Shown here in pieces: positions 30,001 through 38,968 of a DNA stretch of 64,000 nt. The stretch is from Bacteroidota bacterium. GTDB taxonomy: Bacteria; Bacteroidota; Bacteroidia; Chitinophagales; BACL12. Location of the stretch: contig JADJJZ010000029.1 of the NCBI GenBank assembly GCA_016706255.1, positions 554,675-618,674 on the forward strand. The letters are read 5' to 3'. Made by a program: the position numbers and the translations under genes. The stretch's first letter is position 1; each line of letters opens with the position of its first letter. Under the pieces are notes generated by a model. The model saw only the letters and a list, made by a program, of their open reading frames with translations, was not told the origin of the DNA and did not search any database.

Positions 30001-31638
30001 TTACGCTGCTTTTTTCACACGTTTTAAATCCAGCATATTTAATGGATTGGGATCCATACCGCTGACATCTTTTTGCACAAAACGATATACTTCATCATAA
30101 AATAACGGAATTACCGGTGCATCCTGCATCATTAAACTATCCATGGTGTAGTATAAATTTTTTCGGATGGTTTCATCACTTTCGGCAACGGCAACCATAT
30201 ATAAACTATCAAATACGGGATTATGGTAACGGGTATAATTTGGTGGTGCTTCACTCCCGCCGTAAAATACGGTTAGATAATTTTCTGCATCGGCATAATC
30301 GGCAATCCAACTGCTACGAAACATTACAGTTGTTGCATTTAATCGCATCTCCCGCAATAAACGTGAATCTACCGTTTCAATTTTTACGGCAATACCGATA
30401 TCTTCTAATTTATCTTTAATATAAACTGCGATATCCTGATATTGTTCTACGGTATGAAAAGTAATTTCGGGTAAACCCACACCATTCTCAAAGCCGGCAG
30501 CAGCAAGCAATTGCAGGGCAGTATCCGGATTATATACATAACCATAAGGTTGCACCGAATCAGCGCGTTGTGGTAATAAACTGGGTGGAATAATACCTCC
30601 CGTTGCCGCAATACCACGATTATTTTTTAAAAATAATAACATTTCATTTTTATCGAAACCGTAATTAATTGCTTTGCGTACTTCAACAAATGAGAGCGGA
30701 CTTTCTTTTACAATTTGTAGTGAAGTATCCATTAAAATAGCAATGTATTCAACATTTAAATAAGGGCCTTTCAGCAATTTTATTTTATCGCTATATTTTG
30801 GTTGCAGATTGCCATCTTTAGTTAGAATATTATCTTTTAGCGCTGCATCAATATCACTCACAAAATCTAATTCTCCACTTAAAAATTTTAAAAATTCTGT
30901 TGATTTATTCGTATTAAACTGAATATTTACAGCATCGAGATATGGTAGTTGAACACCTTGTGCATCTTTTTCAAAATAGTGTTCGAATTTATGTAAAATG
31001 AGCAGTTCACCTTCCTCCCATTGCACAAATTTAAACGGGCCTGTTCCAACAGGATGACTTCTGAAATCTTTACCGTATTTTTCAATGGCTTCTTTAGGAA
31101 CGATGGAACAATATTGAATACTCAATCGCTGTAAAAATGGTGCAAATGGTTCTTGTAATTTAACTTCTACCGTACTATCGTTTAGTGCATAAAATGCATT
31201 TACACTATCCACAATATGCTGAAAAACCCAATTACCACGGGCAGCAGTTGCAGGGTCGATTAATCGGTAAAAAGAATACACAACATCATCAGCAATTAAT
31301 TTTCGTCCTTTCCCGTTTGGAAAACACGCATCATCGTGAAAATACACATCGTTGCGCAAATGAAAAGTATATGTTTTTCTGTCGTCGGAAATTTCCCATT
31401 TTTCAGCAATGCAGGGCACCACATTGAGGCCGGAATCCAATTGCACCAAGCCATTGAACAATTGATTTACACTCCAGGTATTGGACTGGTCGCTTGCAAA
31501 AGCCGGGTCGAGCGAGGTTAAGGGGATAGATAAATTTAAACGGAAAATGGATTTATCATTATTTGGTTTTTCCTTATTACAGGAAACAAATAACAGGATA
31601 ATAAGCAGTGCAGCTACAGAAAAATGTTTCAATTGCAT
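30001..31638 (-). CDS. ABC transporter substrate-binding protein (family 5, peptide/nickel type), probable lipoprotein
   Basis: Start at MQLKHFSVAALLIILLFVSC (lipobox-like). Family-5 SBP length and motifs. The listed ORF extends to 31689. Confidence 0.7.
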   Translation of the reverse strand: MQLKHFSVAALLIILLFVSCNKEKPNNDKSIFRLNLSIPLTSLDPAFASDQSNTWSVNQLFNGLVQLDSGLNVVPCIAEKWEISDDRKTYTFHLRNDVYFHDDACFPNGKGRKLIADDVVYSFYRLIDPATAARGNWVFQHIVDSVNAFYALNDSTVEVKLQEPFAPFLQRLSIQYCSIVPKEAIEKYGKDFRSHPVGTGPFKFVQWEEGELLILHKFEHYFEKDAQGVQLPYLDAVNIQFNTNKSTEFLKFLSGELDFVSDIDAALKDNILTKDGNLQPKYSDKIKLLKGPYLNVEYIAILMDTSLQIVKESPLSFVEVRKAINYGFDKNEMLLFLKNNRGIAATGGIIPPSLLPQRADSVQPYGYVYNPDTALQLLAAAGFENGVGLPEITFHTVEQYQDIAVYIKDKLEDIGIAVKIETVDSRLLREMRLNATTVMFRSSWIADYADAENYLTVFYGGSEAPPNYTRYHNPVFDSLYMVAVAESDETIRKNLYYTMDSLMMQDAPVIPLFYDEVYRFVQKDVSGMDPNPLNMLDLKRVKKAA

Positions 31639-31746
31639 CAGCACAAAACTAAGAAATTTGTTCGCGCTTTTAAGCAGGGATATGCACATGTTGTAGGATA
31701 TCTTTTAATTTAAAATACAGCATAAAACCGGGCAATATTAAAAATG

Positions 31747-31782
31747 AAATGGCATTCTATCCTTTCGGATACAATGCCATTT
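31747..31782 (-). terminator. long hairpin, probable terminator of the OmpA/TSP3 gene
   Basis: AAATGGCATTCTATCC-TTTC-GGATACAATGCCATTT, with a T-rich stretch following on the minus strand. Confidence 0.5.
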
Positions 31783-31801
31783 ATGAAAATCAATATGTAT
31801 A

Positions 31802-32929
31802 TTATCTGAGTATCAATTCCAGTTCCACTCTTCTGTTTTGTGAACGGCCAACTTCGGTATCGTTTGTTGAAATTGGTTTTGTTTCACCATAACCGGTTGC
31901 AGTAAGTCGTCCGGTTGAAACACCTTTGCTTAATAAATACGCTTTAACGGCATCAACTCTTTCTTGCGATAAAGTCATGTTCATATCATCGCCACCAACA
32001 TTATCGGTATGACCTGATATAACAAGATTGTAATCAGTATATTCGTTTAATATGCTCACCACTTCATCCAATAAAGGATTAGATGTTGCTTTTAATGTTG
32101 CTTTTCCTGATTCAAACTGAATACCGCGAGCAGCAAAGTTTAATCGTTTTTTCACATCTTCTTTAATAACGGGACAACCATTTGGGCTACCTTCACCTTT
32201 TGTAGTTGGACATTTATCGTTAGTATCAATAATACCATCACCATCTGTATCGGCAGGGCAACCTTTCATATCAACTTTAACTCCTTTAGGTGTATCGGGA
32301 CATTTATCATCAGAATCAATAATACCATCATTATCGGCATCAGAACTACAACCGGTTGCGTCAACTTTTATACCTTTTTCTGTATTTGGACATTTATCAT
32401 TTGCATCATCAACACCATCATTATCGGTATCGGGACAACCCTTAAACATATCTAAACCTTTCATGTTCGGACATTTATCCATGGCATCCTGAATACCATC
32501 ACCATCGCTGTCGGGGCAACCCTGAAACCTTGCTAAACCGGGCACTTCGGGGCATGCGTCATCTTTATCGGCAATATCATCTTTATCCTGATCGGGGCAA
32601 CCATTTAATTTTGCCAAACCCGGAACCATTGCACATTTATCTAAGTAATCGGCAATTTTATCGTTGTCGGCATCAACCGGACAACCATGTTCATCAACAA
32701 TAACACCTTCAGGTGTATCGGGACAATCATCGCGTTTATCTTTTACACCATCACCATCGGCGTCTTTGCTTAATTCATATATATCAGTTCCGGCATCTGC
32801 AATAAATAATTCATAATTGCCGCTCACAATTATATCATTTACCAGTGCACCATTTACCTGATTAAAAGCAGTTGCGGGCAACAATAAAGTCGCCACACCC
32901 ATTATTATTTTGGATATTTCAAATTTCAT
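31802..32929 (-). CDS. OmpA-family protein with thrombospondin type-3 (calcium-binding) repeats
   Basis: Repeated DxDxDGxxDxxDxCP motifs (DTDGDGIIDTNDKCP and others). C-terminal OmpA domain (IQFESGKATL...GHTDNVGG...NRRVELELI). The listed ORF extends to 32968. Confidence 0.85.
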   Translation of the reverse strand: MKFEISKIIMGVATLLLPATAFNQVNGALVNDIIVSGNYELFIADAGTDIYELSKDADGDGVKDKRDDCPDTPEGVIVDEHGCPVDADNDKIADYLDKCAMVPGLAKLNGCPDQDKDDIADKDDACPEVPGLARFQGCPDSDGDGIQDAMDKCPNMKGLDMFKGCPDTDNDGVDDANDKCPNTEKGIKVDATGCSSDADNDGIIDSDDKCPDTPKGVKVDMKGCPADTDGDGIIDTNDKCPTTKGEGSPNGCPVIKEDVKKRLNFAARGIQFESGKATLKATSNPLLDEVVSILNEYTDYNLVISGHTDNVGGDDMNMTLSQERVDAVKAYLLSKGVSTGRLTATGYGETKPISTNDTEVGRSQNRRVELELILR

Positions 32930-33272
32930 AAAATAGAATTTAATAATTAAAACATTTTCACCTTCCAAAGATGACCATTATTCAATACGAGGTGTTACAC
33001 AAATATTTTTTTGTTTTGTATAATTCACTGATGTGATAAAGTAATATGGTGTGTTGGTAGGGTTTGCAAGAGTCAAAGACCGGAGTGTTCGAGTGGGCTC
33101 TTGGCTCAATATTAAATTATTATTCCGGCATAACCTTGCGATAAATTGGAAGAAGAAATGAACATGTTTACATCAAATTTTCTTGCCTTAGCGGGTTGAA
33201 GGGTTTTATGTTTTTTTGGGGTGCATTAAACTCCTCGGACTAAATTATAATAAAATTTATCCTACCCAATCG

Positions 33273-33331
33273 CAATTTGCCTACGGTTGTAGGGACGCAT
33301 GCAAATCGTCCCTACAGCCATAGGCCAATTG
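33273..33331. repeat. type-A long hairpin element (GTAGGGACG...CGTCCCTAC core)
   Basis: CAATTTGCCTACGGTTGTAGGGACG / CGTCCCTACAGCCATAGGCCAATTG arms, flanked by conserved CCCAATCG and CTCAATT. Confidence 0.8.
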
Positions 33332-33482
33332 CTCAATTTATTTCCTGAACCACATTTTTCCTTTATAGTTTTACGGGTTGTGTATTTTTTTTCGGGTTTA
33401 AGCGTCATGCTCGGACATCAATGGGTCACCGGAAATTAATTTTGGATTAATTTGACCTATATAGGATTTATGTTACCCGATC

Positions 33483-33543
33483 GCAAATGGCATTGGTTTG
33501 TAGGGGCGGATTCAATTCGCCCCTACAAACCAATGCCATTTGC
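33483..33543. repeat. type-A long hairpin element (variant core GTAGGGGCG), perfect 26-bp stem
   Basis: GCAAATGGCATTGGTTTGTAGGGGCG (33483-33508) is perfectly complementary to CGCCCCTACAAACCAATGCCATTTGC (33518-33543). Confidence 0.85.
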
Positions 33544-33619
33544 TCAATTTTGTGTTTAGAAGCATAATTACACTTCAAAACACAATGTTATAAATTTCAA
33601 TTTTTCTCAAAACTGTCAG

Positions 33620-33670
33620 CATTTATATTTTGTAGGGGCGAATTGCATCCGCCCATATAAAATATAAATG
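33620..33670. repeat. type-B hairpin element, diverged copy
   Basis: CATTTATATTTTGTAGGGGCG...CGCCCATATAAAATATAAATG, with type-B flanks CTCAAAACTGTC and ACGGAG. Confidence 0.6.
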
Positions 33671-33925
33671 ATGACAAATACGGAGTGATAAATGAAAATG
33701 AATGAAATAACCCAAGCTAGGTCAAAGTTGGGTTCGTGCATCACTCATAAATTATTTTTCCAACATGAGCCTGCAATAATTTGAAAGTTGAAATAAAAAT
33801 ATTTGCTGCTAATTAATTAAATTTAAATCGTTGTATGGTCGCAGGGTTTTACTGATTGTTTATTTTTTTGGGGTGTATGAACCCGGCTCGGACAACAGTA
33901 TAATAGGATTTATCTTACCCAATCG

Positions 33926-33983
33926 CAATTGGCCTGTGGATGTAGGACGCATGCAATTCGTCCCTACATCCACAGACCAATTG
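33926..33983. repeat. type-A long hairpin element
   Basis: CAATTGGCCTGTGGATGTAGGACG / CGTCCCTACATCCACAGACCAATTG. Confidence 0.8.
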
Positions 33984-34051
33984 CTCAATTAGGTTGCAAA
34001 AGCACAATTTGAAAAAAGGGCATTTCGCAAATTGACTTTCCACTCAAAATT

Positions 34052-34112
34052 GTCCTGCATGTTATTTTGTAGGGACGTATTGCATGCGTCCTTACAAAAT
34101 AATTTGCAGGAC
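34052..34112. repeat. type-B long hairpin element
   Basis: GTCCTGCATGTTATTTTGTAGGGACG-TATTGCATG-CGTCCTTACAAAATAATTTGCAGGAC. Confidence 0.85.
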
Positions 34113-34345
34113 GCTTACGGAGCTGTTGATGACAATGATTGAAAAAATATAAATGTTTGTCCGGGATGGGGTTGCGTTTCTAAAAAAAGATTATTCTTAA
34201 AAAAGCCTGCAAAAAATTAGAACGATGATGCACCTATCTACTGCAAATAAATTCATCATATTTCCGTGTCCCAAAGGCTTGTTTTTTTATGAGAATTTAT
34301 TACAAATGGTTAAAATGTTGCTTTCACAGTTACCTCAAAAAACAT

Positions 34346-34353
34346 TATCTTAG
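34346..34353 (+). promoter_or_regulatory. conserved TAYCTTAG box (candidate -7 promoter element) upstream of paralog A
   Basis: TATCTTAG lies 16 nt before the ATG at 34370. The same box and spacing occur upstream of B and G, and 19 nt upstream of E. It resembles TAnnTTTG. Confidence 0.35.
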
Positions 34354-34369
34354 CTTTAATATTATCTCC

Positions 34370-36303
34370 ATGAAGATTATAGTATTCATACTGGTGTTCA
34401 CAGTTGGCTTTAATACGCTAGCACAAATACCGGAAATCGATTGGCAAAACACTTATGGTGGGTCAAGTTGGGATATTCCCTGGGCTATTATGCAAACACC
34501 TTCAGACAGTGGATATATAGTTGCAGGAGTTACCGAATCTACAGACGGTGATATTTTAGAAAATGCAGGTATTTATGATTATTGGGTAGTTAAATTAGAT
34601 AGTCTTGGTGAAATAATATGGCAAAAAACCTACGGTGGTTCTAGTATAGATGAATGTGAAGAAATTATTTCAACTGGGGATGGCGGCTATTTATTAGTTG
34701 GTTATACCTATTCAGACGATGGTGATATTTCATATTCGCACGGAAGTGTTGATTATTGGATTATTAAAATTAATAGTAGTGGTGAATTGGAATGGGAAAA
34801 AACTTACGGTGGGTCTAAAGGAGATTTTGGACAAAAAGCTATCATGCTGCCTTCAGGTAATTTTGTTATAATTGGCAACTCACAATCTAGCGATGGTGAT
34901 ATTTCAATGCACCACGAGGGTTTTGATACACCAGAAGACATTTGGATTATCGAAATTAATTCTTTTGGTGATTTGATTTGGGAGCATAGCTATGGTTCAT
35001 CAAATGTTGAAAATGCACGTGATATTATTTTAGATATGGATGCTATGGTAGTAACTGGTTATACATATGGGGGTTCAGACGGAGATATTGAGTCCTCTGA
35101 TGGTGCATCCGATTATTGGGTATTTAAAATAAATTTATTTGGGGACATTATTTGGGAGAGCACTTTTGGTGGTGATGATTATGACTATGGTGCATCAATT
35201 GGTCAATTGCAGAATGGCGAATATATTGTTTGCGGAACAACCTCATCTACAGATGGTGATATAATTGATTTTCATGGAGGATATTCGGATGCATTTATAG
35301 TAATTATTGACAGTCTTGGAAATTTAAAAAACTCTTTTTGCTATGGTGGAAGTAATTATGACTCAAGTTATGATTTAAAGATAGTTGACGATAATAGCAT
35401 TTTAATTTCTGGAACTTCCTCTTCAATTGATGGGGACTTAACTGAAAATAATGGTGACGCTGACTTTTGGATAATTATGGTTGATAGCTCAGGTCTTATC
35501 AAATGGCAAAAATCTTTAGGTGGTACATTAGACGAATATGCTATTTGTTTATCACTCACCCAACAACTTAATTCTTATGCTGTGGCTGGTCGCACCCACT
35601 CTTCAGATGTAGATTTAGACTTTAATCATGGTAATTATGATTTCTGGGTAGTTAAATTAGATATCTGTGAAAATAAATATTTCCTTGATAACGACGGCGA
35701 TGGTTTTGGTGATATTACTAATGATTCAAGTGCATGTGATATACCTTTGGGATATGTGATTGATTCAACCGATTGTAATGATTCATTAAATTTTATAAAT
35801 CCTTCAGTTAAAGAAATTTGCAATTACATTGATGATAATTGTAACAGTGAAATTGATGAAGGTCTAACATTAATACTTTCATTTGAAGATTTAGACAGTG
35901 ATAGTTATGGCAATGAATTAATTGATTCTATCGCATGTGAAATTCCTCCGGTTACGTTTTATCCAACACCGACTGCAACGACACCAATCCCGACATCAAC
36001 CCCGGCGCACCGGAACTCCTCAACGGCCTCGACGACGATTGCGACCAAATTGCTGATGAAGGTTTAGCAATAACAGATATTGTAAAAAATACAATAAGTA
36101 TTTTCCCGAATCCGGTAAATAATACATTATTTATTCAATCGGATGCAACACAACAAATAACAATTGTAAATCAATTAGGAGAAGAAATATTATACACAAA
36201 TTTATTTATAGGTTTAAATACAATTTCGGTAGCAGATTTTGCGAGTGGTGTGTATTGGGTGAAAGTGGAAAATGGGGAGATGGTGGTTTGGGTGAAGGAG
36301 TGA
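34370..36303 (+). pseudogene. family-1 T9SS cargo paralog A (propeller-like repeats, 2 Cys-rich MopE-like modules, CTD); single 1-nt deletion
   Basis: The listed ORF 34289..36067 ends in out-of-frame text (CEIPPVTFYPTPTATT...KLLMKV*). At 35948-35949 the sequence is CC, where paralogs have CCC (AATTCCTCCCGGTTACG). Restoring one C reads CEIPPGYVLSNTDCNDTNPDIYPGAPELLNGLDDDCDQIADEGL plus the CTD, ending at TGA 36301-36303. The real start is probably MKIIVFILVF at 34370. Confidence 0.75.
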
Positions 36304-36482
36304 GTGAGGGGCTAGATTGAAACAGCCATTGAACATCCATTGAATCAAAATTGAACAAAATTGAACGAGCCCGATAGCCGTCGGGAGAATCAAAATTGAG
36401 ATTGGTTATTCGCATTAAAATTTTGATTCAATTTTAAAATTTATAAAATTTGAAATGATGTAAACAATATTTACTCAAAATT
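36304..36482. repeat. conserved 3'-flanking module of family-1 gene blocks (ATTGAAC-rich, with an 11-bp-stem hairpin)
   Basis: AGATTGAAACAGCCATTGAACATCCATTGAATCAAAATTGAACAAAATTGAAC... Hairpin GAATCAAAATT (36387-36397) / AATTTTGATTC (36419-36429). Homologous copies at 45909-46100 and 53879-54047. Confidence 0.75.
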
Positions 36483-36543
36483 GTCCTGCATGTTATTTTG
36501 TAGGGACGTATTGCATGCGTCCTTACAAAATAAGAGGCAGGAC
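36483..36543. repeat. type-B long hairpin element
   Basis: GTCCTGCATGTTATTTTGTAGGGACGTATTGCATGCGTCCTTACAAAATAAGAGGCAGGAC. Confidence 0.85.
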
Positions 36544-36777
36544 GCTTACGGAGCGATAATTGAAAATGATTGAAAAAACCAACCTGTCCGAGCGGGGTTC
36601 TTGCCTCAATAAAAAATTATTAATCCGGCACAACCCTGCTATAAATTGGAAGTAGAAATGAACTTGTATGCTGCGAATTAGTTTATCAAAATACTATATT
36701 TAAAAAGTGGTAAGGCCTTCAGAGTTGTATATGCTTTCGAGTGAATAATTGTAAATTTCATTTACATAAAAAAACAT

Positions 36778-36785
36778 TACCTTAG
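36778..36785 (+). promoter_or_regulatory. conserved TAYCTTAG box upstream of paralog B
   Basis: TACCTTAG lies 16 nt before the ATG at 36802. The leader AAAAACATTACCTTAGTAGTAATATAAATTCCATG parallels that of A and G. Confidence 0.35.
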
Positions 36786-36801
36786 TAGTAATATAAATTC
36801 C

Positions 36802-38942
36802 ATGAAAATTTATTTATTTATCCTCTTTGCTGTTTTAAACCTAACTGCACAGGCACAAGAACCTGAAATACAATGGCAAAAGGCATTTGGAGGGGCAGGG
36901 TACGATGATGCATATTCAATTTTCGAAACTTTAGACAATGGGTTTATTGTTAGCGGTGATACTTGGTCAAATGATGGGGATGTAACCGATTATAATGGAT
37001 CAGGTGACTTTTGGATTTTAAAGTTAAGTAGCGATGGAGAAGCTGAATGGAAGGAAACATATGGTGGTAGTGGTTGGGAGGAATCCTACAAAATTATCCA
37101 AACTAGTGACTTAGGATTTTTAGCGGTAGGATTTTCCACTTCAAGCGATGGAGATTTAACACTAAACCAAGGAGATCAAGATTTTTGGATTCTAAAACTT
37201 GATGAATCAGGGGCTATTCAATGGCAAAAAACTTTAGGAGGCTCAGGTTCTGATAGGGCATACTCTGTTCAACAAACAACTGATGGAGGCTATGTGGTTG
37301 CGGGACTTTCTTCGTCATCTGATGGCGATGTTACAGGAAATCATGGCGCTGCTGATTTTTGGGTAATCAAGTTAAATATTTTTGGTGATTTGATTTGGCA
37401 AAAGTCTCTAGGAGGTACACAAAACGATTATGCTAAATCCATTATTGAAATTCCGGGCGAGGGGTTTGTCGTAACTGGATATGTTGAGTCTAATACAGGT
37501 GATGTAACTGGAAATAATGGTGAGAGTGATTATTGGGTTGTGAAGTTATCAGAAGCTGGAGATATTATATGGCAAAAATGTTTTGGGGGTACAAATTTCG
37601 AATTTGCAAATTCATTAGCTCGAACAAGCAACAACGGATTTCTTATTCTTGGTTATACATTATCTGACAATGGTGATGTATCAGGTTTCCATGGTGGTTA
37701 TTCAGATTATTGGCTAATTAATATAGATAGTTCTGGAGCGTTACTTTGGCAAAAATGTTTTGGGGGAACCGCAACAGATCAAGGATTTTCTATTTGCTCA
37801 ACCAATGATAGTTCATATATACTTACCGGGTATTCTGGTTCAAATAATGGTGATGTCACAGGGCATCACGGTGGAGCGTTATACCCTGATTATTGGGTAA
37901 TAAAAATTGATACAATAGGAAATATTGTTTGGCAAAAATCATTAGGTGGCAATTCAAGTGATGAGTCTTTTTCTGTTGTCCAAACTTCAGATACAGGTAT
38001 TGCTATAGCGGGATGGGCTTTTTCTACTGATGGTGATGTTACGGGACATCATGGTGTGGCACTAAATAGAGATTTGTGGATTGTAAAATTAGGCATGCCT
38101 TGTATTGAAAATATGTTTTATGCAGATTTAGATGGTGATGGTTTTGGCAATATTTCATTAGATACATTAGCATGCGAAGCGCCCATTGGTTTTGTAAATG
38201 ATTCCACCGATTGCAACGATTTAAATCCCGAAATCCATCCCACATTAACAGATATTTGTAATGCCATCGATGATAATTGCAACGGATTAACCGATGAAGA
38301 TGCAACATTTGTTACCTATTTCGCAGATATTGATGGAGATACTTTTGGTGATATATTAAATGATTCAACTGCATGTAATGAATTAATCGGTTATGTGTTA
38401 GATAATAGTGATTGTAATGATTCTAATAATGCAATCTACCCCGGCGCCACTGAAATCTGCAACTACCTCGATGATGATTGTGACGGTATTACAGATGATA
38501 ATGTTACCTTCATTCAAAGTTTTATCGATGCTGATAACGACAATTTCGGCAACGCTGATTTTGATTCCATCGCATGCGAAATTCCTCCCGGTTACGTTTT
38601 ATCCAACACCGACTGCAACGACACCAATCCCGACATCTACCCCGGCGCACCGGAACTCCTCAACGGCCTCGACGACGATTGCGACCAAATTGCTGATGAA
38701 GGTTTAGCAATAACAGTTATTGTAAAAATACAATAAGTATTTTCCCGAATCCGGTAAATAATATATTATTTATTCAATCAGATGCAACACAACAAATTAC
38801 AATTGTAAATCAATTAGGAGAAGAAATATTACACACAAATTTATTTATTGGATTAAATACCATTTCGGTAGCAGATTTTGCGAGTGGTGTGTATTGGGTG
38901 AAAGCGGAGGATGGGGAGATGGTGGTTTGGGTGAAGGAGTGA
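36802..38942 (+). pseudogene. family-1 paralog B (about 7-8 propeller-like repeats, 3 Cys-rich modules); CTD out of frame through a 1-nt deletion in an A-run
   Basis: ORF 36802..38736 ends ...LAITVIVKIQ*. The A-run at 38724-38728 is A5, but A6 in copies A, D, G and H (GTAAAAAATAC). Restoring one A reads NTISIFPNPVNNILFIQSD...WVKE, ending at TGA 38940-38942. Confidence 0.75.
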
Positions 38943-38968
38943 GTGTGCGAAATTAAAATGAAAAAATT

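Noticed and set aside
34289-34369. In-frame 27-codon N-terminal extension (MRIYYKWLKCCFHSYLKKHYLSFNIIS) of paralogs A and G.
   Set aside because: The extension precedes a normal signal peptide (MKIIVFILVF...) and contains the putative TAYCTTAG promoter box. Its conservation is explained by the conserved non-coding leader.
38408-38707. Long alternative-frame ORFs (87-99 aa, Thr/Pro/Met-rich, ending ...TKLLMKV) that recur inside every family-1 copy: 38408-38707, 40676-40966, 42937-43227, 45460-45672 and 53379-53642.
   Set aside because: They lie entirely within the Cys-rich module region, whose GAT/GAC/AAC/TGC-rich codon usage leaves the +1 frame free of stops. Their conservation follows from the nucleotide identity of the host genes. 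They have no independent start context. In copy A this frame is read only because of the frameshift.
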